DNA of 64,000 nucleotides. It comes from Ramazzottius varieornatus (taxonomy: Eukaryota > Animalia > Tardigrada). How positions within the stretch are numbered: the first letter of the stretch is position 1; each line of letters opens with the position of its first letter. The translations under genes were made by a program, and so were the position numbers. Below are positions 47,001 to 60,567 of this stretch, in pieces. The notes beneath the pieces are model-generated. The model searched no databases. It was not told the origin of the DNA and saw nothing but the letters and a program-made list of their open reading frames with translations. The DNA is taken from the NCBI GenBank assembly GCA_001949185.1, contig BDGG01000016.1, forward strand, positions 434,001 through 498,000, in the 5' to 3' direction.

Positions 47001-50000
47001 ACTGAAGACCCAGATCAATCTTGTCAAGAAGGTCTTCCAACTGACAAACGGAAACAAGAATGGCATCTTTCGTTGATGTACTTACTTGACTATGCGACGG
47101 TTCTGGTTATTGTACCGAACTTCCTCGATACAGTATGCAAAAAACCGGTACACATTGTTCGCTAAACAGAAAAAGAAAGGAGAAAATTTCAATTTTCCAG
47201 GGATAAAATTTTGGAAAATAGTAATCTTTGGAAAACGTCGATACTCACCAACTTGATCGTCGCGGTCTCTCCAAAACTTGAAGATGCGTTCCAGGTTGAC
47301 CGACGTACTGAAGGCTATCGGGATGTGTTCTGCTATCAACTAGATCAAACGTAACCGTAAAGCGGAATCTCGTCAGCCGGAAGGGTGACCGGAAGTCTAT
47401 TGCTTACCTGTAGGAGACCGGAAGCACGTTCTCTTAGGACTTCCGGAGTGATTGGCACTGCCACGGCGGGACAAAGGAAGTCAGTCTCGGTGATATGATC
47501 ATCGAGGATATCGAGGACTGTGCCGTAGACCACCCGGCACTGTTTGGACGTCAGACGTAGTGGAACCACCACTTCGCACAGCCGTTTAGCCACCTGGTAG
47601 ACATGGTTAGTGGCGGTGGGATTCCCGAAGCGCTTCAACATCTCATCCTGTGACGTAAGGAGGCCGGTGAAGACACAACAACAGTAGGCCAACAGAAGCC
47701 GTCCGGTATGGGAGGTCGGCAAACAACACATATCAGATCGCTATGCCAAGTCGCGCACGATTACATCAACATTGACCAGAAGCATGCGCCACTTGGAAAG
47801 ACGATCTTCGTCGGTTCTGTTTGCCGGCCGTCTCATATTTCAACCGTAAAGACATACGTACCATTGCTGTGCCGTAGTTCTGAGAGCCGAAAGAAGCAAA
47901 GTTTATTAGCATTGTGCGTAACTGGGCATCTTCGGCGAACTTCGTTATGCACTGATCCAAGGCGCGCTGTCCATTGTTAAGTTCGGGAGCCAAGCCTGAA
48001 AAAATCTCATGTCTTCTTTGTCCACGATTCAAGACTGACGCTGTAGCCCATGGAAGACTGTCATAGTACAACAACGCCTACCTTGAATAGCTTTTACGGC
48101 AGCCGGACGATTGGCCACCGACTCAGGATCTTCTCTCATCGCCGCCAAAACCTGGCTTCTGATCCTGTAACAATCAACGCATTTCTCACATGTTCAAGTA
48201 TCAATACGATCAGCATGAAAGCGAAATAACGTACCGCATGTTCCTCCCTAAAACGTCCTCGAAGAACCTAGCGGCACAAGGAAATCAGTGTTTGTTCAGC
48301 GCAAGGTTAAGTCGGGAGTAAACAAGCTTACCGAAGGCCTTTCTGGTCGCAACATGCGTAGTAGTACACGAGATGGTTAGCCAGCGTTTGTTCGTTAGCT
48401 GAAGCCGGTAGCAGCTTGGACAAGAACTTATACTCCACAGCAGTTCTGAAACGTAAAAAGAACCGATTAATACTAGCAACTCGAAGCAGTAAGGAGCTTG
48501 ATTGGTATACGAAAGACTTACCGTTCAGGGAGAGAAGTGATGACGTTCAGCAGTCGAGGCAGCAGCGAACCCAATTTGGGTCGGATTTTCTCGGCCGTAC
48601 TCGGTACAGAGCTCGGATCGTGCAAGAGGCGGTTCAGCAACGCGCACAAAGAATTAACGCAAGCTTCTCGTACAATTTGCTAAAAGAACAAATCAAACGG
48701 TATAATTGTGCTTCTCCTTAAGAGACGCTTCCAAATGTGATTTTGATCTATAAATTTGTTTTCCAATATAGACAGACTTCGACAAAATGGATGTCGAATT
48801 CCGCCCCGATCTCATATTAATCTTCCACACTTACGTCTTTGTCCAGCAGACGATCTGTCAAGACATCCACCAGACTTGGCTCCACGAAGTCCAGCGCGGT
48901 TTCGCAAATGGCGGTGCACGCCTTGATAGCTTCCACCCGTACGTGGGCGTATGGATCCAGTAGACGATCTTCCAAGTTATCTGGGAATAGACTCCAGCGT
49001 CATACTTTCCCGCACTATCACATGACCGAGACAGGATAGAAGAGCGAAAACCAGCGAGCTTACCAACATACAGAGAAACCTTCTTCGGGTCTTCGTCAGT
49101 GCGTCGCGTGCAGATGAAGTCTTTGCCAATCTTGACGGCTTCAATGCGAATCTTCTCGTCAATATCGGTCAACCTGTGGACAAATCTGGTTATAAAGAAG
49201 AACACATCAGTGAATTTCGTAACAAGACACTCGAACACGTTACCGTTTGATGGCGAAACCAACCAGCAAGTCTTTTTCAGCTATAGGAACTTCGGGGAAC
49301 TTTTCCGAGACGAAAAGCTTGCCGATCAAGATCAAACACTCCATTCTTTCCTTCACCACCGTCGACTACAAGCAAGGCAACAGAACTTTATATGGTTTTT
49401 TTGGCGAGCCGTCAAGAATGTTACTTCTCACCCCAACTTGATGCTCGAGATGCTTCAAAGCAGACGAAACCAGCTGCGGACTAACTTCGAATAGCTCTAG
49501 GATGATCTCGTAAACATCGGTGGGAGACTCGTCCGGCTCCGAGCTTTCGAATACCATCAGATGGACGAAGTACTACAAGAGAAGCAACGTCTAAAAAGTG
49601 CCCTTCTAGAAGTAGATGATTGCAGAAAAAACACTCACGGAGCTGATGCAAGGTTCGATCTCCCTCGGAACTCGCTTCAGCAGGTCTTTTGCCAGCTCAA
49701 AAGCTGCCTGATTTTGACGCTGCACAAAGATGGTCAGTCAGTGCCAGATATTTCCTAGATTGCAAAAGCACAGCGTACGAGTACATTATTCAGTATTTAC
49801 CTGCCCTTCTCTTGTCAATGGATGGAGCAATATCTTCAGCAGGGGGTGGGAGATGACTGCATCTGTGTCACCAATGACGGTCACGAGGATGTCGAGAAAG
49901 ACCATCCTGTCGGACGGGGTATGCTTCGTTCCAACCACGTTCAAGATCATGTCGACAAGGCTCTCCATCATCGATTGATGGTCATCCAGACTGAAGATCA

Positions 50001-50739
50001 ACGTGAAGGCTTTCGTCGAAGCCATCACCTAAGGAAAACATCGAGCACACCAGTCAAAACTCAGCAGCCTCACAATTTCACAACCAGATGCGCCATCCCT
50101 CAATGACTCGCGCACGACGTCATCAAGAACAGCTAGCATAGCATTCAGACTCGTGACGTAATTCGACGCTTAGATCTAATACAAGCACATACCTGTGCCA
50201 CATGAAAGCCCCAAGTATAAAGCGGATTCCGACGGTCCAGCAGTTCTTGCAGTTGATCCACGAAAAAGGTAAACACAGCCTGCAAAGGACAATGTTTCTC
50301 TAGGGACTATCTGGAATCTGGCGCTTTTATACGGAAATGCAGCATACTTTGAGGAGGTTCAAGTCGGAAAGAGGCCCCATCTGTGTAGGGATGCCTTGGC
50401 TAGCCATCTCGTCGTCGCCTGTCCCAACAAATATCCTAAACATCTCGGCCAGGCAAACGGCGGTCAGTGCTCGCACGAGTTTGTCTGCATGCTGCAGGAA
50501 TCCATCTTGAGCCAGGTGTACAGCTAACTTCTTGGATACCTCTTTTTGCGAATCACCACTGTCCACCGAGCGTAGTTTGGAAACAGTCTCCTGTAAACAG
50601 GAACGGAAGTCACATCATTTCCTTGAAAAGACAAACGCCGAAGAGTACTTACCCGCAACTGCTGCACCAGTTCGTCCGTCCGCATTTCGGGAGACATTTT
50701 CTCAAAGGAGCGAGGATGGAGAATATTTATCGACGTCAT
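44092..50739 (-). CDS. PDS5: Sister chromatid cohesion protein PDS5 homolog
   Basis: Multi-exon HEAT-repeat protein: HPRSFEKMSPEMRTDELVQQLR, VRALTAVCLAEMFRIF, RLTDIDEKIRIEAVK, LEDRLLDPYAHVRVEAI, KKYLRCLYSAI; basic/acidic tail ending EDEPMDEL*. Confidence 0.85.
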
Positions 50740-51469
50740 TGTTGATTCTGGATCGCGACCAACTCTTAGATCACACTTCTCGGCTTCTCTAACCATTCAG
50801 CATCTGCAACGAGTCACTAACAGTACATCCTACACTTCCTTTTTCTCAAAGCCTGCTTTAGATCTGAATTCCGAAATCCAGAGGAGAACATGAGAAGGAT
50901 CAGACTGGAAACTGGATGACAGCGTACGAACCCTTCACAGCCATGAAGCCATGGACCCTTCGTGCGGACAACAGAGGAGCCCGAAGGGGCACAGTTGACA
51001 CAGCGCGGCTCAGCACGATTTCCTCGTCTCCCCCAATCAGAAGAAAATCCGTTTGTCGTTCTTTGGCATATAATGGTACTATGATCATAGCGTGACAAAG
51101 GATTCATTATGCGGACGGGAATTAGATTCTCCCGCTCTTGCTTTGGTCTTGGTTCGATTTAGGGCATTAGTAATAATTTTCTCTCGGTTACGAGGTGTTT
51201 CAACGGCCTGGATGTTTCTCCTCTATTTGTGGGCAGAATCTTTGCTTCTGACGATCTTTAGCTGAAGTTCTTAACAGGCATAGCTAGCTCTGGGTGTTCC
51301 TGGAATCATTGGTATACCCGCGGAGGGTTGGCGACATCAAGCAACAGCCACTAGGCTCTAGTATGTGAGTACAGCTTGTCCATTTTGGTCCTACATCTCC
51401 CTGAAGTTTGCGTAGTGCGAAAAGGATGAATGCGATGGTTGAATGCTTGGCAGGTATTCCCGGAGCGCC

Positions 51470-54400
51470 ATGAAGGTCCAGAAGAGGGTTTACGCTGGCG
51501 AAACGGAACCAGTCAAAGTGTACTGTCGCCTCAAGCCTTGTCCGACGGCGGAGAGGTGCATCACACGGATCGATAAACAGACTATCCTTCTAACCGAACC
51601 CTCCTCTGAAGCTCGCGGAAATCGGAACCCCAGGGATCCGAAGGAGTACAAGTTTTCCAAGGTGTTTGCTGAGAATGCAGACCAGAAGGACGTCTTCGAC
51701 GAAGTGGCCTTACCTTTACTTCGCGATCTGATCCGAGGACAAAATGGTCAGTCAATCCTAAAGTTTTCTAATGTTCCCGATATTTTTGTGGTAGTTATGG
51801 TTGGAATTTAGGTTTGCTTTTTACGTATGGTGTGACATCGTCGGGCAAGACGTACACCATGATGGGCGACGCTAAACATCCTGGTTTGATTCCTCGGACG
51901 TTGGACGGTCTCTTCGCATCCATCCACGAAGTCCAGGCGCCCCTTTGCGTTTTCAAGCCCTTCGTCCCCAAGTCTTACATGACACAGAAAGAGATCGCTG
52001 CCAGGTTGAATGGCTTCGTTATCCAGGATGAATATTCAGCCAGTCAAGAGCGAAAGGCACAGGAAAAGCTTAAACGCAAGATTCTGCAGAGCACAAACGG
52101 CCAAAATCAAGGGGCGTTCAGCGGGAGAAAGAGGGATAGCGCATTTCCGGAAATCCAAGTGGACAACTTCCTTCGTTATTCGGTCTTCGTTTCGTACATT
52201 GAAATCTACAAAGACTGCGTTTTTGACCTGCTGCAAAAAGACGACAGCGTTGATGCCAACAAACCGTAAGTTACTTATCTGACTGCGCATGACGTCACAT
52301 GCTGACGAAAATTTCGCACGGTCATGCCAGCATTGTGTGGTCATGATGTGACGTCACCATAACTTTGTTGACTGTCACATAAGATGGCGTACATGTACTA
52401 TTGCTAGATGCTCGAGAACGAAAGTTTCGTTTACCTCTAAGCTTAACTTGATTGTGCAGGACTACACTGAGAATCTTGAAGGATCTTCGCAGAGGTGTTG
52501 GTGGCACGTATTTCGTTGCTGGTGTTAACGAAATTGAAGTGCAAAATGCGGACGAGGCGTTGGCTTTACTGGAGAGAGGTAAATTTCCTGTGTGAAATCT
52601 TTCAAAATGTTTTGTCTTTGACACTCGGGAATTTGTAGTATATCTCTCTTCTAGTCTCATGTTGTTCTCTGATTTTTTTACGTTCTTATAAGTTGACTTC
52701 CTACGGATCTTTTGAGCCAGGTCAGACAGTGCGGCAGATTGCTTCCACCAAGCTGAACGCTGAATCTAGCCGTAGTCATACAATCTTCAACATCCGGCTC
52801 GTGGCGGCGCCGATCGAAGACGGGGTTATCCAGGAAGACGTCTTCATCAGTTTGCTCTCACTGGTTGACTTAGCTGGCAGTGAACGGGCCAAGAACACCG
52901 AAAACGGTGCTGAACGTCTGAAAGAAGCCGGTAAGTGGGTAACATTATGTCTTCCTCGTGGAATCCCCACCTTACAATTTCACAAGCACTCATCTTGCAG
53001 GAAAGATCAACAACTCCCTGATGGGTCTCCGTGTCATGATGGAAACATTGCGTCAGAAACAAAGCAGCAAGAACGGTCCAATTCGCGAAAAGGTAGGTCT
53101 GCTCGACTCGCTCTCATATAGGACATAGGCAAACAAACTCGACAAGATCAATTTTCTAAGTGACGCACGCTGTCAGCTGATGACACCGAACACTTGCGCT
53201 ACTTAGAAAAATAAATCTGTCGAGTTTGTTTGCCGACCTCCTAATTGGGCCAATTACATCTCTTCCTTTTTAGTGAAATTTTCTGGTGGTTCGTTTCTGT
53301 TTTCAATGAATGTATGATCTCTTCCGATCCTTTAACGGTGTAGTTGTTTCTTGTGTAGGCTATCGGGGGAGACGCAGGATTCCGTCATACGAAACTTGGT
53401 ACGCTGTTCCAGTCCTTTTTTGACGAACAAGGCACCGTCAAAATGATCGTCTGTATCAATCCCGCCAGTAACCAGTATAACGAACTCGGGGTAATTTAGC
53501 CAACTACTTATACTATTTTTCCATCTCTTAGCCGATCCACTGTCTTTCATGCGTTAAATTCATGGAGAGTGGTCTGTAAGAGTAAGACCAATTTATTTGT
53601 TCCATTCCTGCAGAGTGTCCTTGCGTTCGCGGAAGGAACGCAGGACGTGCGAACTGCTCTGCGGGATGATCCGTACGACACGAAAGGAAGAGCGCGAAAG
53701 GCGGAGGAGCGGGAGAGAAAGAGGCAAGAACAGGCGCTAGAAGAAAGTCGACAGGCCGAAAGGGCCAAGCGTAAAGCGCAGGAGATGGAGGCGAGTGCAC
53801 ACTCTACCTACCAGGAAGAACATTCCAAACGCCGAAGTGACATCACAATGACTTTCCATGGCTTTTTGGTACGTCATAGCCTTGAGTCTTTTCCTGTTTT
53901 CCTCCGAACATGTAGAAGACGCTCTAGGTAATGAGAGTGGATGTTCTGTTTGCAGTTGCACGATCACACGGATACGCGGACTCTTCCGGCTCTGGCGGAG
54001 TATCTGGAGGAGCGCATTCGACGCCACAAACAAATGGCCGCCTCGCTTATGGAACAAGGTAGCACAAGTAACAACTGCAGTGTTCCTTTCGGGCAGTATC
54101 AGGCGTTCTGTCAGCTCTTATTTATGGTTTTTAGAGACGGAATTTGCGCGAAGGTTGGCTTACATGACTCAACAGAACACGACACTAAAGCGCGTAAGTT
54201 ACCGTCGTAAGCATCAATTTTCATCCAGAAATGGGCGCTCCATCTTGGCGAGATAGCTTTCTTGAGTGGCGCATTGTTCACGTGTTACTCGCTGCAAAGC
54301 GTGCGTCATGGGAAAACGTGATCTTGTTGATTTGTTTACCGTGCTTCCAGACGGCAAAAGGGATAATTACAAAAGTGATGAAGAAACATGGTGAGAGTGT

Positions 54401-56537
54401 GATTTACGTGAGCGGTTACTTTTCTCTGCAGGAGAATCTAGCCTTCAGAGCACACTTGTCTCATCGCGACGACCAGTTTGACGAGCTGTACAAGAAGTAC
54501 CAAAGCCTGCTGGAAGAGTCCAACATGAACCATCAGCACAAGATTGATCTGGGCAGGGAACTGCAAGACCTCATGGACGCTCACGAGGAAGAACGCAAAG
54601 AATGGCAGAGAAGGTTGCAGGAAGAAAGTCTTCGGATGGAAGAAGACTCGGTAAAGCCCTCTCATGCAACTTTGAAACCAAGTGTGTAATGCACTAACTG
54701 GTTGATGTTGCAGGATAACTTCCGGGACGAAAACTCGCTGGAAGATCGGCGAAAGAAGCAGGCAACGGCTTCGCGGGTTCGAACGATGGTTCAGCGGGTG
54801 AACGAGTCCGGTTCCACCGTCACGCCTTCCGCGCCAACCATCTCCAACTCCAGCACCCTGGACAGCAGTTCCCGGTACCAACTGCGCAAGACGACGATCG
54901 CCAAGAGTAGCACCAGCAAGAAAGTCACCTGCACCACCGACTCGGCCAATCGCCAGGTACGTTTCTCTTTCATCAAACCGATTCTGCTTGTCCGCATTCT
55001 GCGCCACCAAAAACTCTGGTAAAATTTGGTTGGCTGGAAAATAAACAGGGAAGTCAGAAACAATGCCCTTAAACTTTCTAGGAAGGAAGCTTATGGCGCC
55101 AAAATAGTAGAGAAAGTCAAAACCAATACCAATGAAACCGAAACGAATTTTCATCATAACAGTGCAGTACAATGTGGGAAGTCGGAAAACGAAGTGAAAC
55201 ATTTCAGCTGGAAGCGAGAGCCACTTAGTGATCGTTGTTTTAAGTGGCGTACGGTTCCAGCTAATAAGAATGAAAAGGTGCGCCACTTGAGGTAGCGTCT
55301 ATACGTTTCATTTTCCGGCTTCACATGTGCATGAAACCTTTTATAAATCATCTGTGCTGTGCAATAAAATAAAACAGGACATATTTCCCGATAGCCTCCG
55401 CCGCATTTCAATCTGCACTATAACGCCGGCGGAGTTCAGAGACGTTCGAAAGGCAAACTGTTGATGCAAAGCTCAAAGTATCGCGTACCCATCGGTTCCA
55501 TCCTGAAACCAGGCGGCAAGGCGTTCAGGTGTTCCCTCTCGAAAACCGACCCGAAGATGGAGGACTTCCAGAAAGTTGACAACTACGCACTAGAGCATCA
55601 GGATGCCGATAGTCAAGGCGATCTTGAAACGCACATCATTACGGGCAAAGTCCGTCCCACAGCGGGAGATGGGTACGCTATCGTCTTTGACACCGTCGAA
55701 ACCCTGAAACAACATACCGCCTAGTTTCACATGCAGTATTTTTCTCCAAGTCTTTTTTGTTGTGAAAGTACTCCCTATTAGTCGCTCATTTATATATTGT
55801 AGATTCTGCAGCGTTTTGCCGTGATGGTACGCGACTGCTCCCTTTCGTCCTATCACACTTGGAACGTTCATATTCCGCTAGTTTTTTTCCCTGTTGATTC
55901 AGCAGTGGGCCTAATTTAATATCCTGGTAGCAATAGAGATCAGTAGTTTAACAATATTAAAGTCGTTTGAGTTATGGTAAAGCTCGCTCCGATGCAAACA
56001 TCGGCGAATCAGTAGCCGAGAGAACTTCCGCTGGTGTTACCAAGAACTGAAGCAATCGCAACAATGGCATACGATTACTTGGAGCAAAACTCTCATCCAG
56101 GATAAACAGAAGTGAATGATCAGAGTGTGAAAGTCTGATTCCGGATACTTTTTCTCTTCTAGCCACTGCCACATTACAATCGGCGCCATAACGCCGGTGG
56201 GTTCCGAAGGAACTCGCGGGGCAAGCTGCTGGTACAGACTTCGGAGAAGCGCGTGCCGGTGGGTACCATCATGAAGCCGTCCAGCAGTGTCATGAAGCGG
56301 TCCGTCTCCAAGACGCGGCTGAACATGGAAGACTTTATGGACGTCGAAGCTTATGCGCTGGAGCATCAGGACGCCGACAGCCAAGGTAACCTGCAAACCC
56401 ATTACTACAAGGCCGACGTCATTCCCACATGCAGCGGTGGTCGAGCCGTCGTCTTCAGCGATGTGGAGACCTTGACTCAGACTGATCCACAAGCTGAGTC
56501 TGTTGAAATGATTGTCGAAAAGGTTTCACGCCGTTAG
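51470..56537 (+). CDS. KIF23: Kinesin-6 KIF23/MKLP1 (pavarotti) with two alternative last exons
   Basis: EPVKVYCRLKP, YGVTSSGKTYTM, long loop-6 insert, NAESSRSHTIF, LVDLAGSER, VKMIVCINP, coiled coil; tail YALEHQDADSQG.L.T in exons 55395-55724 and 56163-56537; start codon uncertain. Confidence 0.93.
53128..53234. repeat. Palindromic 25-nt-spacer element (best-preserved outer arms; KIF23 intron)
   Basis: GGCAAACAAACTCGACAAGATCAATTTTCTAAGTGACGCAC, 25 nt, TTGCGCTACTTAGAAAAATAAATCTGTCGAGTTTGTTTGCC. Confidence 0.85.
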
Positions 56538-56998
56538 TCCTCTGTTTACATGCCAGTATCAGTTCTATCCGTCCATTTTTGAATATTTATAATTTTCGCC
56601 TTATTCAATGACTTTCCACTTTGTCAAGATCTGCAGTTTCTTGTTCTTTTAGTTTTTGCATTCATGACGTTTTCCAAGTTTGGACAGCCTGAAGAACGCA
56701 GTTGCTTTTTCTTTCCTGAACCCACTACGATCTGTACTGTATTTGTCAATATTGAATTTGGTGCAATTTTGACTCAGCTGCTCCAGTTTCTAACGAGGCG
56801 ACTTCGATGCTATGTGCTAGGTGATCGAAGCTTCATCAAACATCACCGAACCAGCAGAACTGCAAGTGATATCCAATCAAGATCCATCTCAAGTAAAACA
56901 ATGAATGATAAAAACATTAAGACATAAAACTCGAAAAGGCGCAGTTTGCATTCACCGGGCCGTAGAAAATACAAGGCTTGAGACAACGAGAACAAAAA

Positions 56999-59900
56999 TT
57001 ACTTGTGACTAGTGCGTGGCCGAATTGCTTCCGATATTTGCCACAAGGCTTCTTCAGACAAAAAGCTATCGAAATTATTGAAAAACTGTACAATACTTTC
57101 GTTCCTCTGTAAATTATATTGACAAGTTTTCAGAAACCTCGACAAACCATTCAAGACATTATACTGCTGCCACCTCTTTGAGAAATTCACCACGGTCTTG
57201 CCGGTGTCCAGCCAGTCGTTGGACTCGTTCACGAAGGTCAGATCTTGTAGAGCGATGCCAATGTAGGGAATACAGGGCGGCTGGATGTTGGCTAAGGCCG
57301 CGCGGTAGGCACGGAAGGACTGCGACGAGTCAATGAGTTCGCCGAGCAGCTTGACTTCGTTGTTCAGGGTTTTCGAGTGGTTCAAGCGACGGACGGGCGC
57401 GGAATCGATGGCGGCCAGGAGAGCGAGGTACGAGTTAAAGTTTTGTAGCCGTCTTAGATGCTTCATGATTTTCATGATTTTGATGAAGTACTTTTCGCGG
57501 TCTCGTTGGTCGGTCTGCTCCAAAAGACGCGTCCTCGCCCAAAAGGACACCTACGAACCGGTAAGAAGCTATTACATCCATTTCAATTTGGATACTATAG
57601 TCGATGGTAAGTTTTGTTAGTTGGGAGCCGGCAAAAAACAAACTGGACCAGATCGCTTTCCTCAGTGGCGCCCTCTTTCAGCCAACAGTGGCGCCAACAG
57701 AGTGCGCCACTTGGGAGAAACGATCTGGTCAAGTGGTGTTTACCGAGCATCCACTTTAGGTTTCTTTAAGTTCGATATGAAATTAAGTTTTTCATATTCA
57801 GATCAATCGTGAGACATATAGTCATCATTACAAGTTTCCGGAAATGGGAACAGGGAAGAACTCACCTTGTTGAAGTGTTCCGTGAAGCGGGTTAGGTTCG
57901 GTCCGGCGAACTCCGACTGTTCCTTCGTCCATCCCAGCAGTTCCGTCGATTCAATTCTCGACAAAAGATCGGCATCTAAAAGCGTCATCTGTTCCGCCAA
58001 GTCTTGCGACTTGAAATCCAGCAAGTACGCTAGCCTTCGTCCTCGTCGCGGTGTGTTCGGTTGCAGCAAGAGGACGCTACTTCCGCGTTGCTTCTGCAGG
58101 ACGTCATGCTTGTCCAAAATCTTCTTCCGTAAACTTCTCGCTGCCGTCAGTTCTCCCGCTGTGAACAACTGCTGGACAAACTTCAGCAACGAGTCGATCA
58201 AACTCGTCTCAAAAATCTCCGTCAGGCATAACTCCTCCACCACACGAATCAACAACGTGAAGGTGTCTCTAGCTGCGCTCTGTTCTCTCTGGTCACACGA
58301 AGCGTGCGAGAAATGACCATGACGAAAAAGTAACTTCTCTATCAACTCGGAAGAAGGTATAAAAGTTCTGTAGGTCGCTACAAAGGCTTCTTGGTAGGCA
58401 AAGTCTTTCTTGGAGGCTCGTGTAGCTTCGACTATCAAGGCGTCGACCACCCCGCCTTTTATTGTCGGACCTTTCCCGTCGGAAGCAGGCCGATTGTGAA
58501 CCAGCAAGTCTGTACAATCTAAGTTCGCCAGAATGTACTTGTCGCTTTTAGGAGACAGCCAAACTCGAGGAGGATCTTTAGTGGTTGGTTTGAAGGGATC
58601 TTCGGACGTACAGTCGTAATCGAACAATTCCTCCAGCGTTGCAAAGGGCGGAAACGCTTCACCGCCATTTCTAACGGTTGATTGGTGTATTGAGGGTGAC
58701 TGGATAGAACTTCGCAGATATTTGTCGGTTGATTGGTTTGTTGGGTTAGTGATGTCTCTAACAATGGACTGGTTGCTTGATTTGAAGCTGTTGATTGATT
58801 GTGCATTTGTATTTCTTCCGAACGTTTCAACGTACGAAATGACGTTTCGCGTCTTTGGCGGAAGTGGCGGAGAAGCCTTCTCCGAAATATTGTCGTAATA
58901 AATGGGTTCGTCGGTCATTTGTCGAAGGAAACGATGTCGAGGGGAAGCAGATTTGTTGTTGGCAAAGAGGGCTGACACGACGGCGGTGATGTCGGTTGCG
59001 CCTGGCTTCTCGCCTTGACCCACTAGGCTACTCATCAACGTCTTGCGATGGTGTGTCGGACGCGGAGGTAGGCTGGAGGTGGAGACGGTTGGCGAGTAGA
59101 AGCCGGAGTCCTCCAGAGAAACGTTACGAGATAACTGCGGACTGGGACTGCGGCTCTGCATTGAGGTGGTCAAGGACTGGATACTGCCTTCCGGGTCGCC
59201 ATGTGGGCAACTCAAGTGTCCGCTTTGCCGTAGAACGGGGGTGCTTGGCAGTTTTAAGCTTGATTTAGGTGAGGGAGGAAGTGAAGAGTTCTTCAGGGAA
59301 GAGAACGAAGCCCGGCTGGATGGCATCCGACCAAAAGACACTGCTATAAAACGTAAACCATAAAACCATCCAATTACACCTCTAGAACTCGCGCGGTTTA
59401 TACTGCTTGGTGCACGTCCTGATGCGCCAGTTGAACTGATGAACTCCTATCTCGATGCCCATGTAAAATTGCGCAGTATTTCATTTCTTGTAATATGTAC
59501 ATGCGCCACTTGAGTTCATCCGGATAACTATTAAGATGCAACTCCATTCAACTCGCGCAATGACACCAGTTTAAACTAAATCGGATTAAACCATCCCAAA
59601 TCAACTGGCGCATGAAAAGCGTGTGTCCCAAGCGGCCTTTGCGCGGAATCTGGACAAGTAGGGGTGCAAGAAAGCTCGACATGTGGTACTTCGTACCTGC
59701 ATGATCGACCTGATCATAACCAATGGAGTCCATCTGCGGCACCAGGCGCATGGAGGTATGCGGGGAAGCAGAGTTGAGAGATTCGGCGGAAATACTCATT
59801 GGCAACCTTCGTAGTGGCAACTGCGAATATGCCGGACTGCTTTTCAGCTGAGCGTTCCTGAAATGCTCCACTAGTCGACGGACATGTTGTCGCAAAACCT

Positions 59901-60567
59901 GGATCTGCGGTACGATATGGTTATTACGTCGGAGAAGTACACTTTTGATTTCGCCTCGTCGCAGCAGAATCTGATCTGCCCAATTGACCACACTGGCAAG
60001 ACAACGGTACATTTCTTTGAATTCATTCTGGAAGGCTGCGTTACTCTTCTGCTCTTGATACGTTTGCGTGTTGTGAATCCGGCTATCCAGGACGAATATG
60101 TTCTCGATGACGACGGTAGCCGAACCTGCCAACAACTCTGTCGTGTGCTTTTCCACGACATCCTGCAGAAGTCCGGAAAACTACATGCATTCCATCATCT
60201 CTTCTCTGAATGTCGATTTCATACCTGTAAGTAACGTAGTGCGAAGTATACTTCTTTCTCCAGGTAGGAAATATCTTCCAGTTCTTTCCTTTCCTGAAAG
60301 TATGCATCATCAACGAGAGGGACTCTTCTGTATGCAGTATTTACGTACATTTATCGATGCATCATTTGATAGGACTGCTCGGTCTAAACTCTGCCGTCTC
60401 TGGTGTCCGTTCAGCGCGCTGTTTGAGGTTCGAAGACTGGCTTTGCTTCCGTGGCTGTTCTGCCGTTCGTGATACGGCGTATCGTAAATGGCATCGGTGG
60501 CCGACCAGCGATTACACGCTCTCTTTAGGCTAAAGTGCCCATTTGAAGGAGAATGCGTGGGGCGCAT
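56999..60567 (-). CDS. RAPGEF1: Rap guanine nucleotide exchange factor 1 (C3G)
   Basis: N-terminal ALRYLQ/DVVEKHTTELLAGSATVVIE; Crk-SH3 motif PPLPPK; REM domain GGVVDALIVEAT..YQEAFVATYRTFI; CDC25 domain LAEQMTLLDA, PNLTRFTEHFNK, NFNSYLALL, PPCIPYIG, VNFSKRWQQ. Confidence 0.92.

Noticed and set aside
54438-55286. 282-aa minus-strand ORF within KIF23
   Set aside because: Antisense to KIF23 exons and runs through an intronic palindrome copy; no domain signal.
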